Notes: generated by a model not told the origin, from the sequence alone. Shown: positions 43,662 through 53,021, counted from the stretch's first letter. The stretch is 64,000 nucleotides of DNA from Treponema sp. (GCA_031268385.1 JAIRXH010000036.1:3584-67583), one strand, 5' to 3'. A program made the numbers and translations.

Positions 43662-44783
43662 ATGAATGATTTTGTCGTCGCCGCTACCCGTTCGATGACG
43701 GACTATGCCTCCCGTGTGGTGGATCATCTTTTGAAATTTCCCAGCTTCGCTCCCATGGCCGATACCGTCAACGGGGTTGACCTTTTGAAGATTGACTGTT
43801 TTGCCGACGGTGAAATGGAAGCGGTTGTTACCCGTTCCATACGCGGCCATGCGGTTGTTCTGTTTACCAGTTCCGCGAGGAACAGGGAAGGCATAGGGGT
43901 TGAGACAGCCAAAATCGAGTTGTACCACGCTGTTGACGCCCTGAAGCGTTCACAGGCGGAAAAAATAATCATCTTTGAACCCTTTGTTTCCTGTTCGCGT
44001 TCGGACAGAACTACCCGCCGCAGTTCGGTGGGATTGTGGGTACACATCAAGATCCTCGCGTCCCTTGGCGCCGGTCATTTCGTGACCTATCAGCTCCATT
44101 CAGATAAATCGAGATCCATGGTTGATCCTACCATCTGCCTCGTGGACGATATTCCCGCCCTTACCCTTCTTAAAAAGTACCTGTGCGACGTGTATATACG
44201 GAACACGGAAACGCTTGAAAACGTGGTCAGATCCCGGTGGGCCTTCTGTTCCGTTGACGCTGGAGGCGAAAAACTGGCCAGGGGCTTCGCCAACGCGTTC
44301 GGCGCTCCGCTTGTGGTGGCGCACAAACAGCGGGACTATTCAAAGTCCAACACCATTGAGTCCATCAACATACTTTCGGCCGAACCGCTTGAGAACAAGG
44401 TGTTGTGGATAGTGGACGACATGGTCGATACGGCGGGTTCCGTGGAAAGCCTTATACGAACCCTGAGTTCGCACCGGCCGGCGGAGATCAACGTGCTTGC
44501 CGTTCACGCGATATTTTCGCCGCCCGCGGCAAGCCGGCTTGCCCGTCTTTCGGCGGAAGGGCTTCTTAACCGCATCATTGTAAGCGATACGGTATGCTGC
44601 CCCCAAAGCTGTGCTTTCGCGGACGCTTCTTCCGAAAAAATTCCCAATCTTGAAGTGGTTCCTTCGGCGGAACTGTCCGCCCGCATCGTGCGAACCATCG
44701 TGACCAACGCGTCGCTCAGCAAACTCATGCGGCCTTTCGACGCGGGCATTTATCTCAAGTCGCCCAATCTTTTCAATCAGTAA
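43662..44783 (+). CDS. prs: ribose-phosphate diphosphokinase (PRPP synthetase)
   Basis: Matching segments are DGEMEAVVTRSIRGHAVVLF, KIIIFEPFVSCSRSDR, the PRPP loop VLWIVDDMVDTAGSV, and the overall length. Confidence 0.9.
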   Translation: MNDFVVAATRSMTDYASRVVDHLLKFPSFAPMADTVNGVDLLKIDCFADGEMEAVVTRSIRGHAVVLFTSSARNREGIGVETAKIELYHAVDALKRSQAEKIIIFEPFVSCSRSDRTTRRSSVGLWVHIKILASLGAGHFVTYQLHSDKSRSMVDPTICLVDDIPALTLLKKYLCDVYIRNTETLENVVRSRWAFCSVDAGGEKLARGFANAFGAPLVVAHKQRDYSKSNTIESINILSAEPLENKVLWIVDDMVDTAGSVESLIRTLSSHRPAEINVLAVHAIFSPPAASRLARLSAEGLLNRIIVSDTVCCPQSCAFADASSEKIPNLEVVPSAELSARIVRTIVTNASLSKLMRPFDAGIYLKSPNLFNQ

Positions 44784-44784
44784 C

Positions 44785-45255
44785 TCATGACGGTTCTTTC
44801 AAACGCGAATCAATCAGTATTGTTACAGGACCGTCGTTGGTGCAGGTCACGTCCATGCGGGCTTGAAAAATCCCCGTTTCGCAGGCAACGCCCTCTTCAC
44901 GGATTTTTTCGGTAAAGTATTCGTAGAGGATTTTCGCGTCTTCGCTTCCGGCGGCGGCGCCGTAAAAGGGACGCCGTCCCCTTTCGGTGTCGGCAAGCAG
45001 GGTGAACTGGGAGACGGCAAGAACACCGGCGGAGGCGCCGGCGCGGACAATATCCTTTAATGAAAGATTCATCCTGCCTTGTTCATCGTCAAAGATACGG
45101 AGGTTGACTGTCTTTTCGGCAAGCCGGCCGGCGTCTTCGGGAATGTCCCCCCGGGCGACTCCCAGGTAGACCAAAAGACCCGCCGCGATGCTTCCCGCCG
45201 TACGGCCGCCCGACAGAACCGACGCGCCGCGTACCCGCTGAACGACGGCTTTCAC
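44785..45255 (-). CDS. dtd: D-aminoacyl-tRNA deacylase
   Basis: MKAVVQRV, SQFTLLADTERGRRPF and NDGPVTILIDS are present. Confidence 0.9.
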   Translation of the reverse strand: MKAVVQRVRGASVLSGGRTAGSIAAGLLVYLGVARGDIPEDAGRLAEKTVNLRIFDDEQGRMNLSLKDIVRAGASAGVLAVSQFTLLADTERGRRPFYGAAAGSEDAKILYEYFTEKIREEGVACETGIFQARMDVTCTNDGPVTILIDSRLKEPS

Positions 45256-46409
45256 GGAACGGGAGCGCCCCGCGAAGGCCCGCCCGCAGTGTCTTCCGCC
45301 GGAAGACCGGACTGGTGTATCGCCGCGCCTTCAAGCCTTATGGTCATGCCGCCGGTGACAGGCACAATACGGCCCAGCACTTCCAGGGGCCGTTCCGGGT
45401 TGATGGAAAGGGCCCGGTCAAATACCACCGAAACGATGCCTTCCATTGATTTTCGCGTATCGTAACCCACCAGAAAATCAAAGGCGGTAAGTCCGGAGAG
45501 CACTTCCACGTTGGTGGCCATGCCGTTCCAGATCACGTAACAATCCCTGTAAAGAAGGGGTTCTTCCGAGGCGGCGGTGTAGGAAATATTGTCCTTCCGC
45601 ACAAAGGTATCGAAACCGGGAACTTCCATATAGGAAAGGAGTATCCTTGCCTTGTTCTTGATCGGGGGAGCGGCGTTTGATTCCAGAATGCGGTTAATGT
45701 TTACCCTTGCCGCCTGGTCGCGATATTCGGTAAAAAGGGAAAGGGCCCTTTCGTAGACCTCAAGCACCTGGGATCTGGTAAGTATGTACGCGTAGCTGCC
45801 CCCCGTCTCGACCGGCTGTTCCCTGTCCGCCCGGTCAAGAAGGCTTTCGGCGGCAATGGTTCTGTTTCCCGGCCTGAAATTCGGGCCGGGTATTACGGCG
45901 AACCGGACAAGAAGTCCGTAGCAGCCAAGGGCAAGAACGGCGGCGGCGGCCGCGGGAACGAGTACGCGATCCGCCGTCAGGGGAAGGCGGGGCAGCGGTG
46001 GAAAGAGGCGGGACAATTTTCCCGAATCAGTCCAGGCCGAAAGATTGTCGCTTCCGGCGTATTTTCTGATGATCCGCAGGGCCCTGCGGGCCGCGCCGTT
46101 TTTTTCATCCTGTTCCTGCACTTCAAGGTAATAGTCAACAGCCTTGTCCGTTTCCCCGCGGCGAAGATAGAGGACGGCAAGACCAAGAAGTACGCCGGTG
46201 TCGCGTATCCTCAGCTCCCGCGCCCGCTTGAAGTTGGTAAGGGCGCCGCCGAAATCGCCCGCGTGAAGAAAGGAGACGGCGAGGAGATAATAATAGCGGA
46301 AGGAACCGAGATAACGGTTTGCCTCCGATTCGAGCGCCTTGATGGCGGGGTAAAATTTGCCCCTGCGGGCAAGCCGCGTTGCTTTGGTCAGAACGGGATC
46401 AAGTTTCAT
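45252..46409 (-). CDS. TPR protein with a central TM segment and an uncharacterised C-terminal domain
   Basis: TPR repeats (YYYLLAVSFLHAGDFGGALTNFKRARELRIRD, LLGLAVLYLRRGETDKAVDYYLE) and a hydrophobic segment (VLVPAAAAAVLALGCYGLLV). The stop overlaps the dtd ATG (ATGA). Confidence 0.75.
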   Translation of the reverse strand: MKLDPVLTKATRLARRGKFYPAIKALESEANRYLGSFRYYYLLAVSFLHAGDFGGALTNFKRARELRIRDTGVLLGLAVLYLRRGETDKAVDYYLEVQEQDEKNGAARRALRIIRKYAGSDNLSAWTDSGKLSRLFPPLPRLPLTADRVLVPAAAAAVLALGCYGLLVRFAVIPGPNFRPGNRTIAAESLLDRADREQPVETGGSYAYILTRSQVLEVYERALSLFTEYRDQAARVNINRILESNAAPPIKNKARILLSYMEVPGFDTFVRKDNISYTAASEEPLLYRDCYVIWNGMATNVEVLSGLTAFDFLVGYDTRKSMEGIVSVVFDRALSINPERPLEVLGRIVPVTGGMTIRLEGAAIHQSGLPAEDTAGGPSRGAPVP

Positions 46410-46416
46410 CGCTGCG

Positions 46417-47568
46417 TCAGGGCAGATTGTACCGCGCCCTGATCCGGGCGATCTGGGCTTCCATCGCGGTCAGTTCATCGTCGGCGACGGACAGTGTTCC
46501 GGCAAGACAGGCGTCTATCCGGCCAATGAGTTCCCGCAAGAGGACAAGATCCTGTTCCGGGGTATTCGCCAAGGCTCCCGTTCCGCTTTCTACCGGTGAA
46601 GATGAAGATGAAGACGAAGGCGGAGATGAAGATGAAGACGGTTGTGACGGCGGTACAAACAAAGGCCGCGTTTCACCGGCCCCCTCCGCCAGATCCGCCG
46701 CTTCCTGGGGAAGCCCTGAGGGAGCGGATGAACCGCTTCGCCAGGCGGTAAAGCCCGCGCCGTCTTCGGCGGCAAGGAGCAGCGAGCAGGAACGCTCCTG
46801 TCCCCTCGACAGAAGAACCGGATCAAAATAGTACGAAACAGCGGAATCCCCTATGGAATAGGGCAGGTAGTTGAAATTTCTTCCCGGTGTATAGTTTATT
46901 TTCCATGGCGCCTCGTTGAGCCGTTTCCAGTTGGCAAAGTGAACAAGATCGGGCGTTTTTTCAACCCCCTCGCTTATGCTTCCCATGAACGAAAGCCTGT
47001 CGTTCCTTGAAATCCACCGCTTTTCCGTTCCCCGCTCTATGGCCGTTTCGGAGCCGATGGACCCCTGGTCGGTAATAAAGGGTATCCCGGCGGATCCTTC
47101 CCCCAGGCTGGTATCCAGCAGCATCCTCAACCCCACAAGCGCTTCCCGCGGATTCAGATTTACCGCCCGTATGGTTATCCGAATCCCGTTCGTCACGGCG
47201 GATCCCGATGTCCTGATGAAGGAAAATTCCCCGGTTACCGTGAGGAAGGACGATTCGAAGATCAGGGCGGGGTTCGCCTCCGTTCCTCCCGCGCGGAAAC
47301 GAAACGACGCGGAATCTCCCAGCTTGTAGGTCGCGTCGTTATACATGACGGCAAGAAAGCTGGTACGGGGATCCTGATCGACAAAGAACGGCTCGTATTT
47401 CCCGCTGGCAAAATCGGAAAGATAATACAGGGAAAAACGGCCCGTCGTTTCGTGGAGAACAAGTTTGATTCTGCCGTCCCGGTACTCGGCCCCGAAAACG
47501 CCCGCGGAAAAAAGGACGGCAAACGCGCAGCACAGGAACACGCGCGTATTGTTGGAACGGGTATTCAC
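46417..47568 (-). CDS. secreted hypothetical protein with a Ser/Pro-rich linker
   Basis: GTG start overlaps the upstream TGA. The signal peptide is (M)NTRSNNTRVFLCCAFAVLFSAGVFGA. An internal segment reads PPSQPSSSSSPPSSSSSSSPVES. Confidence 0.7.
   Translation of the reverse strand: MNTRSNNTRVFLCCAFAVLFSAGVFGAEYRDGRIKLVLHETTGRFSLYYLSDFASGKYEPFFVDQDPRTSFLAVMYNDATYKLGDSASFRFRAGGTEANPALIFESSFLTVTGEFSFIRTSGSAVTNGIRITIRAVNLNPREALVGLRMLLDTSLGEGSAGIPFITDQGSIGSETAIERGTEKRWISRNDRLSFMGSISEGVEKTPDLVHFANWKRLNEAPWKINYTPGRNFNYLPYSIGDSAVSYYFDPVLLSRGQERSCSLLLAAEDGAGFTAWRSGSSAPSGLPQEAADLAEGAGETRPLFVPPSQPSSSSSPPSSSSSSSPVESGTGALANTPEQDLVLLRELIGRIDACLAGTLSVADDELTAMEAQIARIRARYNLP
46596..46653. repeat. imperfect GAAGAT/GAAGAC hexamer tract (encodes poly-Ser/Pro on the minus strand)
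   Basis: The sequence ggtGAAGATGAAGATGAAGACGAAGGCGGAGATGAAGATGAAGACGGTTGTGACGGCGG lies within the 46417-47568 CDS. Confidence 0.5.
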
Positions 47569-48473
47569 AGTCCGCCTCCCCCGCCGCTCCGGCCCGACCG
47601 CAGAATATCGTCTTCCGCCCGTTCGGCCTGGTTTCTCAATTCGCGGAGCCTTTGCAGCCTGTCCGTTTCGTTCGTCTCCAGGCCCGCCTCCCTGAGCATG
47701 GCTTCAAGTTCGGCTATGCGCGCCTGGGCGGCGGCAAGCTGTCTCCGGTATTCCCCGTCCGGGGAGGCGGGACCTTCCTTCATCATCTCGGCCAGCCGTT
47801 TCTGGTAGGCGACAAGCGCCTGATCGTATGAACGTTCCCGGCGCCGGTAATCTTCCACGGTATTAAGGGATTCCTCATGACTCCATTTAAGCAGTTCCAG
47901 CAGTTCCGACTCCTTCTTCTTCTGGTTGATAAGGGCAAGACGGTAAGCCGAAGCCTCGTATTTGGCGCTCTGGGGGTATTGTTCGGTAATCAGGGTAAAA
48001 AGATCCCGCGCCTCCTCAAGGCGGCCCAGGGAAAAAAGACACTCCCCCATCCAGTACAGGGCCGCGGCTTTTTTTACCCCCCCCTCACGGTCGGCGTATT
48101 CCCTGAGGAGGATGACAGCCTCGTCATAACGGCCCAGATAATAAAGAACACGGCCTTTGTGGTACACGGTTTCCCCTGAATATCCCGGAAATATCCGTTC
48201 CAGTTCTTCCATATCCGTGAGGGCCGCCTCGTATTCACCGGCGGAAAGTTCCGCGAGGCCCGTCCAGTACAGGGCGTCCGCCCTCCCCTTTTCGTCACGG
48301 GCTTCCGCCCCGGCCCGGCGCAGTTCAATAACCGCCTCCCGCCAGCGGGATTCCCCATAGAGGGCGATTCCCCGGTCAAGGAGGGACCCCTTGGAAGTCT
48401 GGGAAAAAACCGGGGTTCCGGACAGGAGGATTATAAACACGCACAGCGCTGTGCGTGAGGCCTTTTTACTCAT
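47565..48473 (-). CDS. secreted TPR protein with a C-terminal coiled coil
   Basis: ATG at 48473 gives MSKKASRTALCVFIILLSGTPVFSQ (signal peptide). TPR repeats include ALYWTGLAELSAGEYEAALTDMEE and VLYYLGRYDEAVILLREY. The track start at 48602 would overlap rpe. Confidence 0.75.
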   Translation of the reverse strand: MSKKASRTALCVFIILLSGTPVFSQTSKGSLLDRGIALYGESRWREAVIELRRAGAEARDEKGRADALYWTGLAELSAGEYEAALTDMEELERIFPGYSGETVYHKGRVLYYLGRYDEAVILLREYADREGGVKKAAALYWMGECLFSLGRLEEARDLFTLITEQYPQSAKYEASAYRLALINQKKKESELLELLKWSHEESLNTVEDYRRRERSYDQALVAYQKRLAEMMKEGPASPDGEYRRQLAAAQARIAELEAMLREAGLETNETDRLQRLRELRNQAERAEDDILRSGRSGGGGGL

Positions 48474-48546
48474 CCATGGCGCTCCTGTATCGATTTTCGG
48501 CAGGAAATACCCTTCATATAAACAAACAATACGGAACGAACGCTTT

Positions 48547-49227
48547 TTAGAGGCCCTCTCCCCCGAGCTTCCGCACCAGGCCCGCCTTGTCCTTTGCGCC
48601 AAAGAAAGCCGACCCGGCGACCATTACGTCGGCGCCCGCTTCCCGCGCCATTGGGGCGGTCGTTTCGTTAATTCCCCCGTCCACGGAAACAAGATAGCCG
48701 TATCCCCGCTCTTTCCGTATGTCCACAAGTCTTTTGACCTTTTCAAGGCACCGGGGGATGATCTCCTGTCCGCCGAAACCGGGATTCACCGTCATGACAA
48801 GGACCAGATCGGCAAAGGGAAGCAGTTCCTCAATCCGTGAAACCGGCGTGGACGGTACAATGCTTATTCCCCCTTTCCTGCCCGCGGCCTGTATGAGCGA
48901 AAGGGTCCTGTGCGAATGGATTACCGCCTCCGTATGAAAGGTGATGTAGTCCGCCCCCGCCCCGGCAAAACCGGGAACAAGGGAATCCGGATCGCCTGTC
49001 ATAAGATGAACGTCGAACACCGCCTTTGAATGGGGCCGCAAATCCGCGGCGGCCTTGGGACCGAAGGTAAGATTGGGAACAAAGCGGCCGTCCATCACGT
49101 CGAAATGCAGCCACTGCGCCCCGGAAGCGTCTATTTCACGGGCGGCGCCGGCCAGATTGGAGAAATCGGCGCTGAGTATGGACGGCGCGATGATGATTTT
49201 TTCCGTTCCACTGTTCCCTTCCCGCAT
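48547..49227 (-). CDS. rpe: ribulose-phosphate 3-epimerase
   Basis: ATG at 49227 gives MREGNSGTEKIIIAPSILSADFSNL. Other motifs are HFDVMDGRFVPNLTFG, VMTVNPGFGGQ and VDGGI. The track TTG at 49263 lies within a -35 element. Confidence 0.9.
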   Translation of the reverse strand: MREGNSGTEKIIIAPSILSADFSNLAGAAREIDASGAQWLHFDVMDGRFVPNLTFGPKAAADLRPHSKAVFDVHLMTGDPDSLVPGFAGAGADYITFHTEAVIHSHRTLSLIQAAGRKGGISIVPSTPVSRIEELLPFADLVLVMTVNPGFGGQEIIPRCLEKVKRLVDIRKERGYGYLVSVDGGINETTAPMAREAGADVMVAGSAFFGAKDKAGLVRKLGGEGL

Positions 49228-49234
49228 ACTTATG

Positions 49235-49263
49235 ATGATACGCGCCGAAAGACTGCTTGTCAA
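49235..49263 (-). promoter_or_regulatory. sigma70-type promoter of rpe (geometry suggests a leaderless transcript)
   Basis: On the minus strand: TTGACA (49263-49258), a 17-nt spacer, then TATCAT (49240-49235). Seven nt then separate the -10 from the ATG at 49227. There is no SD. Confidence 0.45.
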
Positions 49264-49284
49264 AGCCCCAAAAAATGTTATACT
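49257..49284 (+). promoter_or_regulatory. sigma70-type promoter (extended -10) of the 49309 gene and greA
   Basis: TTGTCA (49257-49262), a 16-nt spacer ending in TGT, then TATACT (49279-49284). Its -35 overlaps the minus-strand -35 of rpe within the palindromic TTGTCAA. Confidence 0.45.
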
Positions 49285-49308
49285 TTACAGGATACAGTTT
49301 TTACCAGA

Positions 49309-50262
49309 ATGTTTGAAGCAGATCAAGCCATGAATACAGAAGTTTCGATTGAGGGGCTTATTCAGAAGGCCTATACTATGCTGAAAGCCTCAGACGTTGC
49401 TTCGGCCCGGAAGACGCTGGAGGAGGCTCTTGAATTTGATTTCGATCATCTTGAGGTAAAATACGGACTTAAATGTCTTAACTGGTGGACTCAGCAGATG
49501 CGGCGTGTGCCGGAATTGCGGGACCCGTACGACAAGGGGGGGTATATTCTGTCACAATGGAAGCCGTATTACAGTTATCTGGAGCATTTTCCCGAAAGCT
49601 ACGACCGCTGCCAGTACGCAATCAGGATCTTCGTGTATTCCGCCGCCCTCGGTTTTTTTGAGGGACTGCTGGAGGAAAGAAAGGACGATCCCGGTCTCCT
49701 TCTCCAGATGGGCCGCTGCCGCAAGGGAACGGGCAACTATGAGGAGGCTCTGGCTTTTCTTGAGGACGCGGCCCGTTTCGCGCGGGAAGACAGCGAAACC
49801 CTGGCGGAACTGGCCGATGTCAACGCCCTCCTTTCGGAGCACCGGGCGGCCAAGGCCCTTTTCAGGGAAGCCTTCTTTTTCGATCCCCAAAAAATAGAAC
49901 TGGGATCCATGGAATCGGAGATGATCGTGCGCCTTCGGGACAAGGTGGGGGAAATGGGATACTCCGGGGCGCTTCTCGCGGAATGGCTGCCCGTGTACGG
50001 CTGCCTTTTCGGGGTGTTTTCGGTAAAAAGGGAACTGAAACAGGCGGAATTGGGGAAGCTGAAACAATCCATCTTCTCCCTGGAAAGCGATATCCGCTCG
50101 GGCGGCAGGACAAACGGCTTTCTCAAGCCCCGGTTGATAAACCGGTATTTCTGGCTCATCGATCATTACGAGAATATCCGGGAAGATCCGGAACTCATCG
50201 AGGAAATCATGCTGAAAATCAAACTAATCGAGCCGGCTGTTTACGAGCGGTATACCAGGTAA
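49309..50262 (+). CDS. hypothetical helical (TPR-like) protein
   Basis: ATG at 49309 is the first in-frame ATG after the divergent rpe start, with an alternative ATG at 49330. The sequence begins MFEADQAMNTEVSIEGLIQKAYTMLKASDVASARKTLEEALEFD and later contains GRCRKGTGNYEEALAFLEDAARFA. Confidence 0.7.
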   Translation: MFEADQAMNTEVSIEGLIQKAYTMLKASDVASARKTLEEALEFDFDHLEVKYGLKCLNWWTQQMRRVPELRDPYDKGGYILSQWKPYYSYLEHFPESYDRCQYAIRIFVYSAALGFFEGLLEERKDDPGLLLQMGRCRKGTGNYEEALAFLEDAARFAREDSETLAELADVNALLSEHRAAKALFREAFFFDPQKIELGSMESEMIVRLRDKVGEMGYSGALLAEWLPVYGCLFGVFSVKRELKQAELGKLKQSIFSLESDIRSGGRTNGFLKPRLINRYFWLIDHYENIREDPELIEEIMLKIKLIEPAVYERYTR

Positions 50263-50273
50263 GGAGTTGCGAG

Positions 50274-52958
50274 ATGTCTGAATCTCTCCCGAAGAATGTG
50301 CAGGAAATGCTGAATGAGGAAAAATGGACCAGGGCCGCCCTCAGCAATTATTCAACCAGTCAGTTCAAGGAGCTTGATCTTGTCCTCAAGGAAGTCCGTG
50401 AAAAGCGGCTGGACGATGAACTGAAAAAAACCTGCGACGAGCATCTGCTTCACACCAAGAACAGCATCATTGCCCTGTATCTTTCGGGGATGATAGCCCT
50501 TTCCCGCCAGCTTATCGATGATTCGGCCATGATGAATCTGGTAACCATCTTTGTGGACAACCACAAGTGGAATATCGTCAAGTACCTTTGCGACGGGATT
50601 CTTGAATACGGCGAGTCGAAATTCGCCCTGAGGACCCTGGCGGAATACTACAAAAACGACAACGCCGAAGAACCTGTCTATGAAATCTGGGAACGGCTTG
50701 TCAAGGTGGATTATGAAGAGGCGGATCTGGCCAAATCGCTGGCGGAGCATTATGAAAAAGAGGGAAACATCGGCGCGGCGGTAGACTACTACAAAAAGGC
50801 CCTTCACCGCTACATCAACAAGTCGCTTTTTACCAACGTGCGGGAAATCTGGGAAAAGCTCCTTGTCTACTGTCCCGACGACATCGATTTTTTTCTCCAT
50901 GTCCAGAAACGCATAGCCAAGAACATCAGCGAGGAAAAAGCTGTTCTCCTTTTGCAGGATGTATACGCCGCCCTCAAGGACAGGGATGTCAACACCGCCA
51001 TCGGCATTCTCAAACTCATACTTCAGTACGACGAAAAGGACGCCCAGGCCAGAAAGGAAATTGTCGAGTGTTTCAGGAAAAAACACGCGGGCCACAGCCA
51101 GCTTGAGGAATACATCCGCGTATCAAACCTTACCCAGAGCTACCGGAACGTCCACGAGGCCGTAACGGATTTTGAAAAGCACATCGCCTTTGACAGGGGG
51201 AATTTTGTCTATCACCGCACCTGGGGAGTCGGCCGTATCGCCAGCTTCCGGGGGGACGAGATCGTCATTGATTTCGCGAAAAAGCGGGATCATTCCATGT
51301 CCCTTAAAATGGCGGTCAACGCCCTGCAGACCCTCTCGAAAAATCACATCTGGGTGCTCAAGGCCACCTGGAAAAAGGAAAAACTCCACGAGAAGGTCAA
51401 GAATGATTATGTATGGGCCCTGCAGACGGTGATCAAGAGCTTCGGCAATTCCTGCGACATCAAACGGATCAAGGCGGAACTGGTTCCTTCAGTGCTTTCG
51501 GCGGGGGAATGGACATCCTGGAGTTCACGGGCGCGGGAGATTCTTAAAACCGATCCCGGTTTCGGGGTCAGTCCCGACAACATAGACATCTTTACCGTCA
51601 GGGACCGGCCCATCAGCATAGAAGAAAAACTGTACAACGAATTCAAGGCGGAGCGGAATTTCTTTGAACGGGCCGCCACCGTGCGGAATTTTGTATCGAG
51701 AAAGGAAGCGGAGCCGGATTCCGAGTATTTCACCGAAATGTTCGCCTATTTTGCCGGTTATCTCCGTTCCCGCGGCCAGATAACCGAACAGGTGGTCGCT
51801 TCCTTTCTTTTGGTAAAAGATCTGGTCGCGCAGTATCCCCATCTGGGATCGGGCCTTTCCCTCAACTTCCTTGAAATCTTCGACGGTATAGAGGATGTAC
51901 CGGCGCTGTTTCAGGCACTCAAGGACAACAAATTCAGGGAAGATTTCCTGGTTCATGTCAAACTGTTTGTTCCCTCGTGGGCCGATATTTATGTCAGCCT
52001 CTTTCCCCGCGCCCTGTTTCCCTCCATTATTGACAGCCTGGTCAATGAAGGGTACGCCGGAAAGCTCACCGCCATGACATCGGACTGTTTTGGACATTTC
52101 AGGGAGAACCGCGAGGCGGTAATATGGCTTTTCAGGAACGGGGCAGAGACGGACTGGTACAAAAACGCGGGAATTCCTTTCGACAGGCAGCTTATCACCC
52201 TTATCCATATCCTCAATCTTACTTTCCGGGACATAGAAAACCACCGGGACACCACGGAAAACCGGAAGATAAACAGGCAGGTTTTCGCGATCCTTTTCAA
52301 GGAAGATACGCTGTATTCTTTCATGGACGGGGCGGATGATGACACCATCATACGGCTCTTTACGCTGATTAACGATGTCAAGGACCTTGATCCCGCGGAA
52401 AAACTGCAGCTCCGGGACCGCATCGCAAAGCAGCGTCCCTCGTTTAAATTCTTCGGTGACACGGAAAAGGCGGTTACGCCGCGCGGCCTTGTTGTCACAT
52501 CCGCCATGTACGGGGAAAAACAGCGGCAGCTGGTCCATATCATGGATGTCGAGGTTCCCGCCAACTCAAAGGAAATCGCCTTTGCCCTGTCCCTGGGGGA
52601 TCTGAGGGAGAACGCGGAGTACAAGGCGGCCAAGGAAAAACAGGAGCTGCTTAATTCCACGGCGGCCAGGCTCAAGGACGAGATTGACAGGGCCCAGCTT
52701 TTTGATCCGTCTACCGTCAACACGAAGCGGGTGTCGTTCGGGACCAGGGTAACGCTGAAAAACGGCGCCAGCGGGAAAAGCGAGGAATACACCATTCTGG
52801 GGCCCTGGGAATCGAACCCGGACAAAAACATTATTTCGTACCTTTCTCCCTTCGGCGGGACTATACTTAACAGAGAAGTGGGAGAACAGGTTGATTTTTC
52901 GATTAATGATGAAAAGGTATCCTATGTGGTGGAACGTATTTCGGCGGCGAATTTTTAA
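50274..52958 (+). CDS. greA: long-form transcription elongation factor GreA (894 aa)
   Basis: ATG at 50274 lies 7 nt after AAGGAG. The C-terminal ~150 aa are GreA-like: GDLRENAEYKAAKEKQELLNSTAARLKDEIDRAQLFD...VSFGTRVTLKN...YTILGPWESNPDKNIISYLSPFGGTILNREVGEQV. The ~740-aa N-terminal region is helical and uncharacterised. Confidence 0.85.
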   Translation: MSESLPKNVQEMLNEEKWTRAALSNYSTSQFKELDLVLKEVREKRLDDELKKTCDEHLLHTKNSIIALYLSGMIALSRQLIDDSAMMNLVTIFVDNHKWNIVKYLCDGILEYGESKFALRTLAEYYKNDNAEEPVYEIWERLVKVDYEEADLAKSLAEHYEKEGNIGAAVDYYKKALHRYINKSLFTNVREIWEKLLVYCPDDIDFFLHVQKRIAKNISEEKAVLLLQDVYAALKDRDVNTAIGILKLILQYDEKDAQARKEIVECFRKKHAGHSQLEEYIRVSNLTQSYRNVHEAVTDFEKHIAFDRGNFVYHRTWGVGRIASFRGDEIVIDFAKKRDHSMSLKMAVNALQTLSKNHIWVLKATWKKEKLHEKVKNDYVWALQTVIKSFGNSCDIKRIKAELVPSVLSAGEWTSWSSRAREILKTDPGFGVSPDNIDIFTVRDRPISIEEKLYNEFKAERNFFERAATVRNFVSRKEAEPDSEYFTEMFAYFAGYLRSRGQITEQVVASFLLVKDLVAQYPHLGSGLSLNFLEIFDGIEDVPALFQALKDNKFREDFLVHVKLFVPSWADIYVSLFPRALFPSIIDSLVNEGYAGKLTAMTSDCFGHFRENREAVIWLFRNGAETDWYKNAGIPFDRQLITLIHILNLTFRDIENHRDTTENRKINRQVFAILFKEDTLYSFMDGADDDTIIRLFTLINDVKDLDPAEKLQLRDRIAKQRPSFKFFGDTEKAVTPRGLVVTSAMYGEKQRQLVHIMDVEVPANSKEIAFALSLGDLRENAEYKAAKEKQELLNSTAARLKDEIDRAQLFDPSTVNTKRVSFGTRVTLKNGASGKSEEYTILGPWESNPDKNIISYLSPFGGTILNREVGEQVDFSINDEKVSYVVERISAANF

Positions 52959-53021
52959 TCACGGTAAATGCCGCATCCCGCGGGATTCGCCTCGGAATAC
53001 ATCCCCAAAAGCAGGTGCGGC

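Noticed and set aside
43420-43665. An 81-aa plus-strand ORF, and the 156-aa minus-strand ORF 43458-43928, in the recA/prs spacer.
   Set aside because: There is no RBS, the composition is odd (Ser/Ala/His/Cys-rich), and the second overlaps the prs start. The region is better explained by RNA structure.
52803-52824. GGGAATCGAACCCGG, which reads on the minus strand as a tRNA T-arm-like GGTTCGATTCC.
   Set aside because: The T-stem has a mismatch. No D-arm, anticodon arm or acceptor pairing can be built from the flanking sequence. The segment lies in the conserved GreA C-terminal coding region (GPWESNPDK).
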